Assembly (NCBI GenBank): GCA_943704415.1
Contig: CALSCO010001750.1
Span: 1 to 38,085 of the forward strand
Source of the DNA: Parvularia atlantis
Taxonomy: Eukaryota
Length of the DNA stretch: 38,085 bases
Direction of reading: 5' to 3'
The number at the start of each line of letters is the position of its first letter. The first letter of the stretch is position 1. The position numbers and the translations under genes were made by a program. The notes under the pieces were generated by a model. It saw only the letters and a list, made by a program, of their open reading frames with translations, was not told the origin of the DNA and ran no database searches. Positions 21,234-31,555 of the stretch are shown piece after piece.

Positions 21234-21372
21234 CCGCCGGTAGTGTTGGGCCCGACGTAACGTTCTCTTGGCATGTGCGTGTGCTCTCATTTGCATGGAG
21301 ACTATACACGCGCGGCTCGAGCTGGCAGAACGCGGGCACAAGCACAGAATGGGACACACTGGCACGGCGCGC

Positions 21373-22358
21373 TCACAGGTCGCCTAGCAGCGACATGGTG
21401 ATCATGCCGAGTATGAACGCGCCGACGAGCTGCTGCCAGGTCGAGAGCGTGACGTAGCCCGCGAGCAGCTGCACGACGGCCTCGGGCAGCCACGTCGACG
21501 TTGGGATGACCAGCGACAGCCCCAGGAGCAGCGCCAGCGTCACAAACAACATCACGCGCACTTGCAGGCCGCCCGTGCCGCCCGTCGCCGCGCGTGTCCC
21601 GCCGTCGCGTGGGCGATGCGCGACGCTGCTGGTGGCTGACTCGGCGTCGACGAGCGCGCCGGTGCTGTTGCTGCGCTCGCGCTGCGGGGCACGGCTGGCG
21701 GACGTGAGTGTGGTGCGAACAGCAGCACGACGCGGCACGCACGAGCGCGGGCTGCTTTGCATCCGACGCGGCGAGCCCGGCCGTAGCGCTGGCGGCGCTG
21801 CCGAGGACGACGGCGGCCGTGACGGTCTTCTCGTTCAGCACGTTGTCGTCGTCATCGAGGATCTGGAGGAGGAAGCGGTCCTTGCGCGCGGTGCCGAGCT
21901 GCTTGATGCGCACGACGCTGTGCACGCGCACACGACCGGCGGTGAGCCGTCGCGCCGTCTGGTGCCACAGACACGCGCGCGCGCACATGTCGGTGGCGGT
22001 CTGCGGCCGGAGCACGCCGCCGGCCGGCCGCACGTCGTACACGCCGTCGTTAGCGGTCGTGTACAGCTTGAAGCGCATCGGCCAGTCGTACGGGTTGTAG
22101 AGCGTCAGCGTCTGCTTGCGGCTCGTCTGCGGCGTGCCGCGCGTGAGGCCCGAGCCGGTGCAGCAGCACAGACCGCAGAGCGCGCACCACGTCGTCGCGG
22201 TAGAACGTCAGCCGGGTCGGGTACACGAGCACGGGCGTGTTGGCCTGCGCCGTGCGCTGGTGCTGCTGCATCGGCTGGTGGTGCGGCGGTGGCGCGGGCG
22301 GCGGCGCCTGGGCCGCGCTGCCCGCCGACGCGAGCGATGCTGACGATGCGCGGCGCAT
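21373..22358 (-). CDS. MOSPD1: Motile sperm domain (MSP) protein with two C-terminal TM segments, MOSPD1/3-like
   Basis: PVLVYPTRLTFYRDD|..KQTLTLYNPYDWPMRFKL..., KDRFLLQI, and C-terminal QQLVGAFILGMITM, which resembles the MOSPD1 tail. Confidence 0.8.
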
Positions 22359-22426
22359 CAACGCTAATTACCGCTGAGGAGTAGGTACCTATCTGTACAA
22401 TTGTGTCGCGCAGCAGTTACGCTGCG

Positions 22427-22713
22427 ATGCTCAACGCGACGTTCAAGACCTTGACGTCGACGCTCGCCGCGGTAGAGAGCGACATCGCGCGCTCGCTGTC
22501 GCCGGCCAAGCCCGACGCCCGGCCCGATGCGGAGCCGGCCGAGGCACCGTTGCAGCCGCAGTCGACGCAGCCGCAGCGACCCGCGCCACGCCGCGCGCTC
22601 GCCGACGACTTTGAGCGTGTGGCCACCGATGCGCACGATGGCGGCGACGATGCCGAGCTGCGCAGGGCCCACGCCGAGCTGCAGGCCGCATACGATGCCC
22701 TTCGGCAGCAACA

Positions 22714-22760
<47 letters not shown>

Positions 22761-25700
22761 CGGGCGGCGATCCCGAGCTCGCTGCGCTGCGGCAACAGCA
22801 CGAGGCGCTGAGGCGTGAGTCGGCCAAGCGCATCGCCGAGCTGAACGAGGCCTGCAAGCAGCTCGAGCGCAAGTTCGACACGCTGCGCGTCAAGGCTAAG
22901 GACAAGATCGCCGACCTGCAGCGCCAGCTGGACGCCGCGCGCGTAGCTGCCGGTGGCGACGCGACTGAGAGCGCCGACACAAGCATGTCTAGTTCGCCGT
23001 CGCGCCCTGCCTCCACAGCCCCGGGCGAGCGCGAGGATGCCCTCGCGGCGCTGGCAGCCGGTGTGTGCTGCGCTCCTGGTCTGGGGGGTGGCGCGCGCAC
23101 TTACGGCACGGCTGCAGCCCTTGAGGCGCAGCTGCGCAACCGTGATGCGGAGCTGGCCGCGCTGCGCGATGAGACGGCCGCACGCAGCGTACAAGGTCTG
23201 TGCACGGCGTACGCGGATGATCGGCCGCTGATGATTTGAGTCGTGCAGCCGTGCGCGAGGCGCTGCAGGCAGCCGACTTGGCGTTCGAGCGGCGCCTGGC
23301 GGAAACGACCGAGCGGCTTGAGGCGGCACACAGCGCGGCGCAGCAGGCAATCCGCGACCGCGTGGCGCAGCTGGAGGAGCAGGCCCTCACCGTTGCTGAG
23401 GTGTGCAACGCAGCGGGCTGCGTCGTTGCGCGCTGCTCACTGTCGGCGCAGCGCGCGGCAGCGTTGGCGCAGGCTCAGGCACGCGATCGAGACGCGCAGC
23501 ACGAGGCAGCACGGCAGGCGCAGCACGAGGCGCACGAGGCGGCACTGCGCGAGTTGCAGACGCAGCACGAGGCAGCGCTGGAGCAGCAGCACGCCAAGGC
23601 GGCGGCCAGCGAGGTGCGCGAATGCAACGCGCGCACGACTGTTTATCCTGACCACGAGCGCTGCGCAGGAGGCCTGGCGGACGCAGCTTGACGAGGCGAA
23701 CGGCAAGATCCGTGCGCTGGAGAAAGGTGTGCAGGTGCATGCCGACCATTTTCCCTGCGCGCTCATGCCGCGCCTGTGCCAGCGGTCGAGGCAGCGGGAG
23801 CGGCGAACGGCGTGCCGTCCATCACCGAGGTCGAGCTGCGCACGGAGCTGGCCGAGGCGCGCAAGAAGATCCAGGCACTCGAAGACGCCACCTTTTCGAC
23901 GGACGAGCAGGCGCGCAGTGTTGCCACTGCTGTCGTATGCTGACACACGCGCACGCCAGATCCGCGAACTCAGGATACAAGTCAGCCAGCGGCAGCTCGA
24001 GATCACGCGACTGAGCGATCTGCTCAAGCAGCAGGGGCTGGATAAGGAGCAGACGCTGATCAAGAGCGAGGAGAAGATCAAGAAACTCAAAGGCGCGCGC
24101 ATGGGTGCAACGCGGGCGCGCCGTGGCTGACGGCCGTCGAAGACCTGCTCAGCGGCGCAAACAAGCTCCTGGCCGAGAAGAAGGAGCAGATCAAGACGCT
24201 AACGGAGCAGCTGGATGAGGCGCGCGGCAGCGTCGGGTCGATCGCGGACGAGCGCAACCGGCACATGCAGGCGCTGAACGAGAGCAAGGGTGCGCCTGGC
24301 GCTCTTGCTTGGCACGCGTCGTCTCACAAGAGCGCACAGAGCAAATCGAGCAGCTCAAGGAGGAGCTGATGCACACGGTGGCGTCGTCGTCTGCGCAGCT
24401 GGCCGAGCTAGTGCGCTGCTCTAGTCTGCACTCACCGCCCGCTAACATTTCGGCCTGCACATGCACAGGAGAAGCGCGCCAAGACGGCCGAGGGCGAGTT
24501 GCGCGACGTCCGGACCGAGTACGAGCAGCACAAGCAGCGCGCCAAGAAGATCCTGTCGGACGTGCGTTCCGCGCGCGTTGCGAGCGTGTGCGGCATGCTG
24601 ACGCTGCGCCGAGCAGCGCAACATCGAGACGCTCCAGGCGCGCATCACGGCGCAGGACCAGCTGATCGCTGATCTGCGGCGCGCGCAAGAGTGTGCTAGT
24701 GCCTGTTCGACTCGTGGAGGCGCACGCTCACGCATCGCCGCGCCAGGACCGGCCAGGCGCAGGTGGCTGCGGTTCAGGCAGCGCTCGACCAGGCCCGCAA
24801 TGACCTCGAGGAGGCCAACGTGCGCCGCCGCGACGCCGAGAACCAGCTGGCACCGCTGCGCGAGCGCGCCGAGCAGGTCATCCGCTGGCGCGAGGAGAGC
24901 GCGCGCATGACCGAGCGCGTAGAGACGATGGAGCGGTCGATCCGCGACGGTGTGCGCTCTCGCACGTCTGTCATGAAGACTCATGAGCTGCCGCACAGAG
25001 CGAAAGGAGCTTGTGCGCCGGCAAACGCTCGAGCTCAAGACGCTGCGCGACGAGATGGCGGTAATACAGCACGACCTCGAGACGCAGCTGCGGCGCAAGG
25101 ACCAGGAGCTCGAGGCTGCGCAGCTGCGCGCTGTGGTGCGCGGACGGCGTGCCTGCGCGTGCATGCTGACGCGCCCGCGCAGAGCCTGACGTCGCAGCTG
25201 TCGAGCCTACGTGAGGAGCTGCAGCACGCCCATGCGCAGGTCGCGTCGTCGCACACGCCGCCGCCCGGGACGCTCTCGCCCGCGCCCGCGGCCGCGCCTG
25301 CCGAGAGTGCGCCCGGCGTCAGCGTGCCCTGTGCGGGCAACCCGGGCGAAATCGCAGCGAGCGTGCTGAATCGCCTCCGCCGCGCCAGTGTCGCTCACCG
25401 ATCTGCTCGCGGGCGGGGCAGGAGCGAGCGCGGGCGGCAGCAGCACCGCCGAAACCGTTCGCGCGCTGCAAGTGCGTCCGGCACCCGCACGCACGTCGTG
25501 CCCTCACCCGCACGCGCCCGTAGGCCAAGATCCAGCACATGGCCGAGCTGCTGGCTGACTCCGAGTTCAACATCGAGCGTCTGTCGCAGCAGGAGCGCGT
25601 GCTCAAGGAGGAGATCCGCCGGCTCGACGGCCTGCACGGGATGCAGGACATGAACGTCGCGTACGTGCGACGCGTCCACGCGAATCGGGCTGATGCCTTG

Positions 25701-25966
25701 CCGGCCACCTACACGCGCGCGCGCAGCTACGTCAAGAACGTGCTCTACAAGTTCTTCGAGACGGACGACCGCCAGGTGCGCGCGCTGTCGGCCCGCTGCT
25801 TACGGCCCTGAGCGCGTTACCGCAGGCGCTCGTGCCCGTCGTCGCCACGATGCTGCACCTCTCGGCCGACGAGGTCCGGCGCCTGCGCGAGGCCGTTCGC
25901 GCGCAGCAGAGCCTCGCCAAGACCGTCGGCAGCGCCATCGGCGGGTGGCAGGGCTTTCTGCAGTGA
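22427..25966 (+). CDS. GRIP-domain coiled-coil golgin (GCC2/GCC185-like), multi-exon
   Basis: Long coiled coil ending in [13 protein letters not shown]...VLKEEIRRL...MNVA(Y)VKNVLYKFF...[16 protein letters not shown] (GRIP domain). Confidence 0.85.
22706..22759 (+). repeat. CAG/CAA repeat encoding about 18 Gln in the golgin
   Basis: Directly visible and in frame in ORF 22403..23239. Confidence 0.95.
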
Positions 25967-26027
25967 CGCTCGTGACTCGAATTGTGACACTTCGGCCCGG
26001 CCGCGGCGGGCCGATCATCTCGATCCG

Positions 26028-26409
26028 ATGAGTGGCGCCGGTCGCGGTCGCCAGGCGCTCGCGGCGGCGGTGGCGGCGCTCAAGCGGCAGCAGCTGGGGG
26101 AGCAGCCGCCGGCGGGGCATTCGCGTCTGAGCGGCCTGCAGCGCCAGGTGCTCGCGCTGTACCGGGAGTTCCTGCGCGCGGCGCGGGCCAAGTCGCCCGA
26201 GTTTGAGGCGGCCGTGCGCACCGAGTTCCGCAAGCAGGCGCAGGTCATCCCGCAGGGCGACACGAACGCGATCGAGTGCGTGCGCGCGCACACGCGATGC
26301 ATGGTATTGACGGACACACTGCGCCAGATGGTATGTGCGGCGCGGGCGACGTCAGCTCGCGACGCTGCGCATGAGCCAGGTCAAGACGGTGTCCTACTAC
26401 GTCAAGTGA
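26028..26409 (+). CDS. SDHAF1: Succinate dehydrogenase assembly factor 1 (LYR-motif protein), 2 exons
   Basis: [19 protein letters not shown]...VRTEFRK...[13 protein letters not shown]. Confidence 0.88.
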
Positions 26410-26488
26410 GCGCCGGCCCGCGCGCGCGCGCGCGGCATGTACTACGATTGCAACATCTGATGCAAGCGCAAGCGCGCACGACCGTCTC

Positions 26489-27130
26489 TCACATGATGCT
26501 CGCGCCGCTGCCGATGCCGATGCGGTTGCGGCAGTTGGGGCACGAGTGCACGTACGACGCGCAAAAGCCCCAGCCCGAGATGGAGACGGACGTGCGCACG
26601 TTGAGCGAGCAGCGGTTGCACGTGGCCATCGTCTGCGCGCGCGCGCGTGCGCAGTTCCCATTAGCCGTATTTCTTTCACCGCACAAGGCGCAGCAGTGCA
26701 CCGGGTAGCTGTCGAAGCGCAGCGGGCGGATCGGCTGCTGCGGCCGCACCGCGGGGCCGCTCGTCGTCGGCAGGCGCGACACCTGCGACTGGTACAGGTT
26801 GTCGTACGCCCAGAACGACGCGAGGTTCTGGAAGCCGCGGTTCACGTAGTCGTGGATCTGGTCGATCACCTTGGCGACCTCGTTCGGGTGGACCTTGAAG
26901 TACTCGTTACGCTGGAACAGGCGCTGCATCGTGTACTGCACCGTGGTCGCCTGCCGTGCCAGTGGTCGCCGCCGTGCCGCGTTAGTGTGGCACGCTAGCG
27001 CGACCGTGATGGACGCACGGGCATCGTCTGGGACGCGACCGCGGGAAAGTCAAGGCCGTCGGCCGTGAACGTCTGGTACGCGTTCGTCTCGGCGTCGATC
27101 TGGCGAGGGAGCCCGTCGCGTCCGCGGCGC
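26489..27130 (-). CDS. Protein (3' part) ending in a LITAF-like zinc ribbon
   Basis: Spliced ...[11 protein letters not shown]...|[18 protein letters not shown]...[21 protein letters not shown]...[13 protein letters not shown] (CxxC ... HxCxxC). The 5' end is unresolved. Confidence 0.6.
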
Positions 27131-27385
27131 GTCGTCCGTGATCGCGCAGCAGCGCGCCGTGGGCTCGTTCCACTCGATGCGGTTCTCGAACACGTACAGG
27201 TAGAACGACTCGAACAGGACTTTGCCCTCGCACAGCGCGCACGGGTTGCAACAGACGATGGCCTGCAAGCGCCACCAGATCGCGAAGCGCTCCGAGGCCT
27301 TGTAGCGCGCGATCACGCGCAGGAAGCCCGGGTTCTCAGTGGCGAAGATGCCGCGGTCGAGCTTGGCGATGGAGAGGAGCGACAT
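27131..27385 (-). CDS. N-terminal part of an uncharacterised Cys-containing protein; the frame does not continue cleanly
   Basis: CACCATG start and strong GC3 coding bias: MSLLSIAKLDRGIF...CCNPCALC...SFYLYVFENRIEWNEPTARCCAITDD. Confidence 0.55.
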
Positions 27386-27684
27386 GGTGGTGGCTGCGCG
27401 GGGCGACGCTTTTCTGCGGAAAGGGCGGGGCGGAAGGGCAAGTTGCTGGTCAGCGGCTAACGCGCCACGTTCTCCCCGCCCGCGCCAGACAGCTACACCG
27501 CCGACGCGCCGCCCGCCCCCGATAGACCCGGCACAGCGCGGCGCAGCGCCCTCTTGCCGGCGCGCACAGCAGCGGCGGGCGCAGCAGCAACAGAACGAGA
27601 AAAAGACAACTACAACTACATGTACATATCCTTAGACTTTTTCTGAAACACGCCGGCGTGCGACGCGACGCTGGACCTCACAGT

Positions 27685-28858
27685 TCACAGCGACGTCGTA
27701 AGCTCGGAGAAGCCGCCCCCACCGAGGCCCGCAAACAAAACCGACGCGTAGTAGCTGAAGACACTCTGCGCGAACGGCCACCACGCCTGGATCTGCGAGT
27801 TGGCGTAGCCTGCGGGCGCGTCAGCCGCCCACGCTGCGTGCAGAAGGTAGCACGGCGCACCGCCGCTGGTCATCTGGCGCCCGCGGCTGTCGACGCCGGC
27901 CCAGGTCAGATAGATCTGCAAGGCCGGCACGCGCGTGAGCGATGCGGCGTGCAGTGTGCGGCGTGTGGCGCACCTTGATGTTGCACGTCTCGCCGCAAGC
28001 AGAAGGTGAGGTCGGCTTAATGCCGCACGTGTTGTCGATGCACTGCTCCTCGGGGCAGTCGGCACAGCCGCGCCCTTCATCCCACGTCAGCCCCGACACT
28101 CGTCCTGCGCAGCCGTACGGATGAGCACGAGCGGGCGAGCGGGCAGAGCTCGGCGAGCCGCAACCGTTGTCGAGTGTGATGTATACGCTGCGCGAGCCGA
28201 CGTAGTACGGGTCGCGGAACCAGTTGCGCCCCGGGACGAGCGGCAAGAGCGCGTTGGTGGTGCCGATGGCGAGCGTCGCCTCGACGCCGTCGCGCACGAG
28301 GCTGCCGGCTGTTCGCGCGTGCCGATCAGCACGTGGCGCGCCGTGCCCCGCGCCGCGTCACGCACAGCGCGGGATCTCGAGCACGACGAGCTGGTCCACG
28401 AGCGGGAAGAACTCGGCGGCGCGGGTGAAGTTGGTGCAGACGGTCTCGACCGTGGCGGTGTTGTTGGCGTCGACCACGGTCTGGTTGACGCACGTCTGCG
28501 TGCCGTTGTACCCGACCAGGAGCATCACCAGCGCCTGCTCGCCGCGCGCGAAGCTGGTCTTGCGCACGAGCGTGCTGGCGAGGCTCGAGCACGCCCCGGC
28601 CGCGCCGAAGCCGCAGTAGCCCGCGTCCTTGCTGCCCGCGGCGCTGCCGGGGCCGGCGGGCGTGGACGGCGTGGGTGTGGGCGTGGCCGTCTCGCTCTCC
28701 TGCGAGCGCGCAGCCGCTAGCGCTTAGCATCACGCAGGCTCGCAGCTGCCCCGCAGAGCGCGCCGCGGCTCACGTACCTGGGCCCGCGCCGCGCTCGCGC
28801 CGAGCAGGATTAGCGCCGCGAGGGCGACCAGGACGAGGACGCGGAGCGCCGGCTGCAT
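27685..28858 (-). CDS. Uncharacterised secreted/membrane Cys-rich protein, multi-exon
   Basis: Signal peptide MQPALRVLVLVALAALILLGASAARAQ, N-glycosylation sequons, YITLDNG|RVSGLTWDEGRGCADC...CIDNTC...CNIK|IYLTWAGVDSRGRQMTS. Canonical introns link the exons. Confidence 0.75.
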
Positions 28859-28864
28859 TCGCGC

Positions 28865-28889
28865 CTTCGAGAAGCGTCTGGAAGTTTCG
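28865..28889. promoter_or_regulatory. Heat-shock element-like array in the 82-bp divergent gap between the secreted protein and AKR1
   Basis: cTTCg aGAAg cgTCt gGAAg tTTCg: five alternating pentamers with one mismatch. Confidence 0.55.
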
Positions 28890-28940
28890 AAGCGCCGCGC
28901 GTGTCGCACGCAGTTCGCCTGTGCCGGGGCCAGTTGCACG

Positions 28941-31520
28941 ATGAGCAGCGCGGGCGTGGATTCGACGGCGTCGCCCTCGGCCGACACGGCTTTCTCCGGC
29001 GGCAGTGGCGGCTTTGGTGGCGGCGGCGGCGGCACGGCGTTCATGCCGCGGGGTGTGCGCCGCGCCACCAGCAACCGCGGCGCCACGCGGCTGACCGCGC
29101 GCGCGCGCGCTGCAGCCCTCACGCTGTGGCAGGCGGCGCAACAGGGCCACGTGCTGCGCGTGCAGGAGCTGATCACGGCGGGCGCCAACCTGGCGACAGA
29201 TCGCGACCCCGGTGCGCGCCCCACGCCTCTTGTTCGTGCTCACGGCCTGCTCAACCCGCGTGCGCGCAGAGGATGTGACGGCGCTGCACTGGGCCGCGAT
29301 CAACAACCACGTCGTCATCGCGCAGTTCCTGATTGAGAAGGGCGCCCAGGTCGACGCGCTCGGCGGCGACCTGCGCTCGACGCCGCTGCACTGGGCCGTG
29401 CGCCAGGGCCATAACGCGATGGTCCACGCCCTCGTCAAGGCCGGCGCAAGCCTCCAGACGCGCGACGCGCAGAGCTACAACGCGCTGCACCTGGCCGCGC
29501 AGTACGGCCACGCCACCACGTGCATCTACCTGCTCTGCAACGGCATCGACATCAACTCGCTCGACAACGACCGGCGCACGCCGCTCATGTGGGCCGTCTA
29601 CAAGGGCCTGTCGGACGAGACGGTCGAGGCGCTGATCCGGTGCAGCCACCAGAAGGGGGCCACGCGCGTGCGCCTGCCGCCTGACGCGTAGCCGCTCGCG
29701 TCAGCTTCCACAGCGAGCTCGACCAGCAGGACGTGCTGGGCTGCACCGCGCTGCACTGGGGCGCGATCCAGGGCAACATCAACGCGTGCCGCCTGCTGAT
29801 CCAGGCCGGCGCGCGCTACGACCTGCAGGACGACAAGGTGCGAGGCCCGCGCTCACAGGATAGGTGGCGCACGCTCAGCCGCGCAAACAACACGCAGCAC
29901 ACGACGCCGCTGGGCTGTGCCGAGTCCAAGGGCCGCGGCGCCCTGTTCAAAAAGATGCTGGCCGACGTCGAGTCGGACAAGGGCGCGTTCGGCAAGGTGT
30001 GCTGCGCGGCCGCGCTGGTCGTACTGCCGGGCTGACCACGCGGCGTGCAGAACCGGCGCAAGATGGTCATGTTCTTCGTGCCGTTTGTGAGCATAGGCAT
30101 GCTGTTCTACTCATTCGCGACGCTGCCCTGGCCGCTGTTCTTCCTGTCAGCGGCGGCGATCGGCTACGGGTCGTCTTTCCTTGCCGAGGTGTGTGTGTGC
30201 GCGCGCGCGCGACGGCGCAGACGGCGCACAGAGCTGACCGGTCGCCGCAGACGCTGCGCGGCGACGTGCCCATCATCCAGACGCCGATCCTGGCCGGCTT
30301 CTTCCAGGCGTCGGTGTTTTGGTGCGTCGTCAACTACCTGCTCGTCGTCCTGCCCGGTGCGCGCGTCGTGTGCACTCCGCGGCTGAGCGCGCGCTGACGG
30401 TCGAACACGCAGCCACGTCGCACCATACCATGCTCAACGCGTTCATCCTCTTCCTGCTCGCCGTTGCCGAGTACCTGTGCTTCCTCGTCGTGACGGGCGA
30501 CCCGGGCTACGTCAAGCAGGGCACGGTCGAGGGCGCCAAGGCGGTGCGCGCAGCGATACGCCGTCGCCGCCTGCCGTGCTCAGGGCTTGCGCTGCAGATC
30601 GTCACGGACCTGGTCGAGCAGAACAAGCTGGACGCGCGGCACTTTTGCACCACCTGCCTCGTGCGCCGCACGCGCAAGGCCGCACGACACGCTCACGGCC
30701 GCCACTCGCGCGCCGCAGATCCGCAAGCCCATCCGCTCCAAGCATGACCGCGTGAGCGACCGCTGCGTGGCCAAGTTTGACCACTACTGCCCGTGGGTCT
30801 ACAACGTCGTCGGCTACCGCAACCAGCGCCTGTTTGTGGCGTACCTGACGTGCGCGGTGCTGTCGCAGTTCCTGTACTTTGGCCTGGCCATCTACTGTGT
30901 GTGGCTGTCGGTGGGCGCGACGCTGCGCGGCTGCTGACGACGCGCGGGCACGCCGGCAGACGCCGTCTCGTCGACGCCGTCCGACCACGTGCCGACGAAC
31001 GCCTACTGCGTGCTCTCGCCCTGGATCTGCGGCCTGTTTGACCTGCACTCGATGACGATCATCACGGCGCTGTGGTGCCTTGTCAACGGCCTGTGGGAGT
31101 CGGCGACACTCTTCTCGCAGTACTGGACGGTGCGAAACATGCGGCGTGCGGCGCGCGTCCGGCTCACGCGACTGCCAGATTGCGTACAACATGACCAGCA
31201 ACGAGATGATCAACCAGTCGCGCTACTCGTATCTGCAGGGCGGCGACAGCGGCCACGCGCACAGCGCGGGCGACAGCGGCCACGGCCACAGCCACGGGCG
31301 CGGCAGCGGACGCACAGGCCTTAACCCGTTCGATGTGGGCGTCGCGCGCAACTGGTGCGCTGCCGGTGGTGTGTGTGCGCTCGTGCGTGTGCTGACGACG
31401 CGGCGCAGCATGGACTTCTGGTCCGACAGCGGCTCGGCGAGCGCGGCGCGACCGTCGGACGCGCTCAACTTCTACGAGCTGTACGACGTGCCAAAGGGTG
31501 ACCTGGTCAAGCATGTCTGA
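28941..31520 (+). CDS. AKR1: Ankyrin-repeat palmitoyltransferase AKR1/ZDHHC17-like (DHYC variant), multi-exon
   Basis: Ankyrin repeats (TALHWAAINN, TPLHWAVRQGH, TPLMWAVYKG), TM helices, FCTTCL|IRKPIRSKHD...CVAKFDHYCPWVYNVVG, NMTSNEMINQSRYSYL, NPFDVG. Confidence 0.95.
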
Positions 31521-31555
31521 GCGGGACTTTGTGTGAGAAGAAGCAAAGGCGAAGG

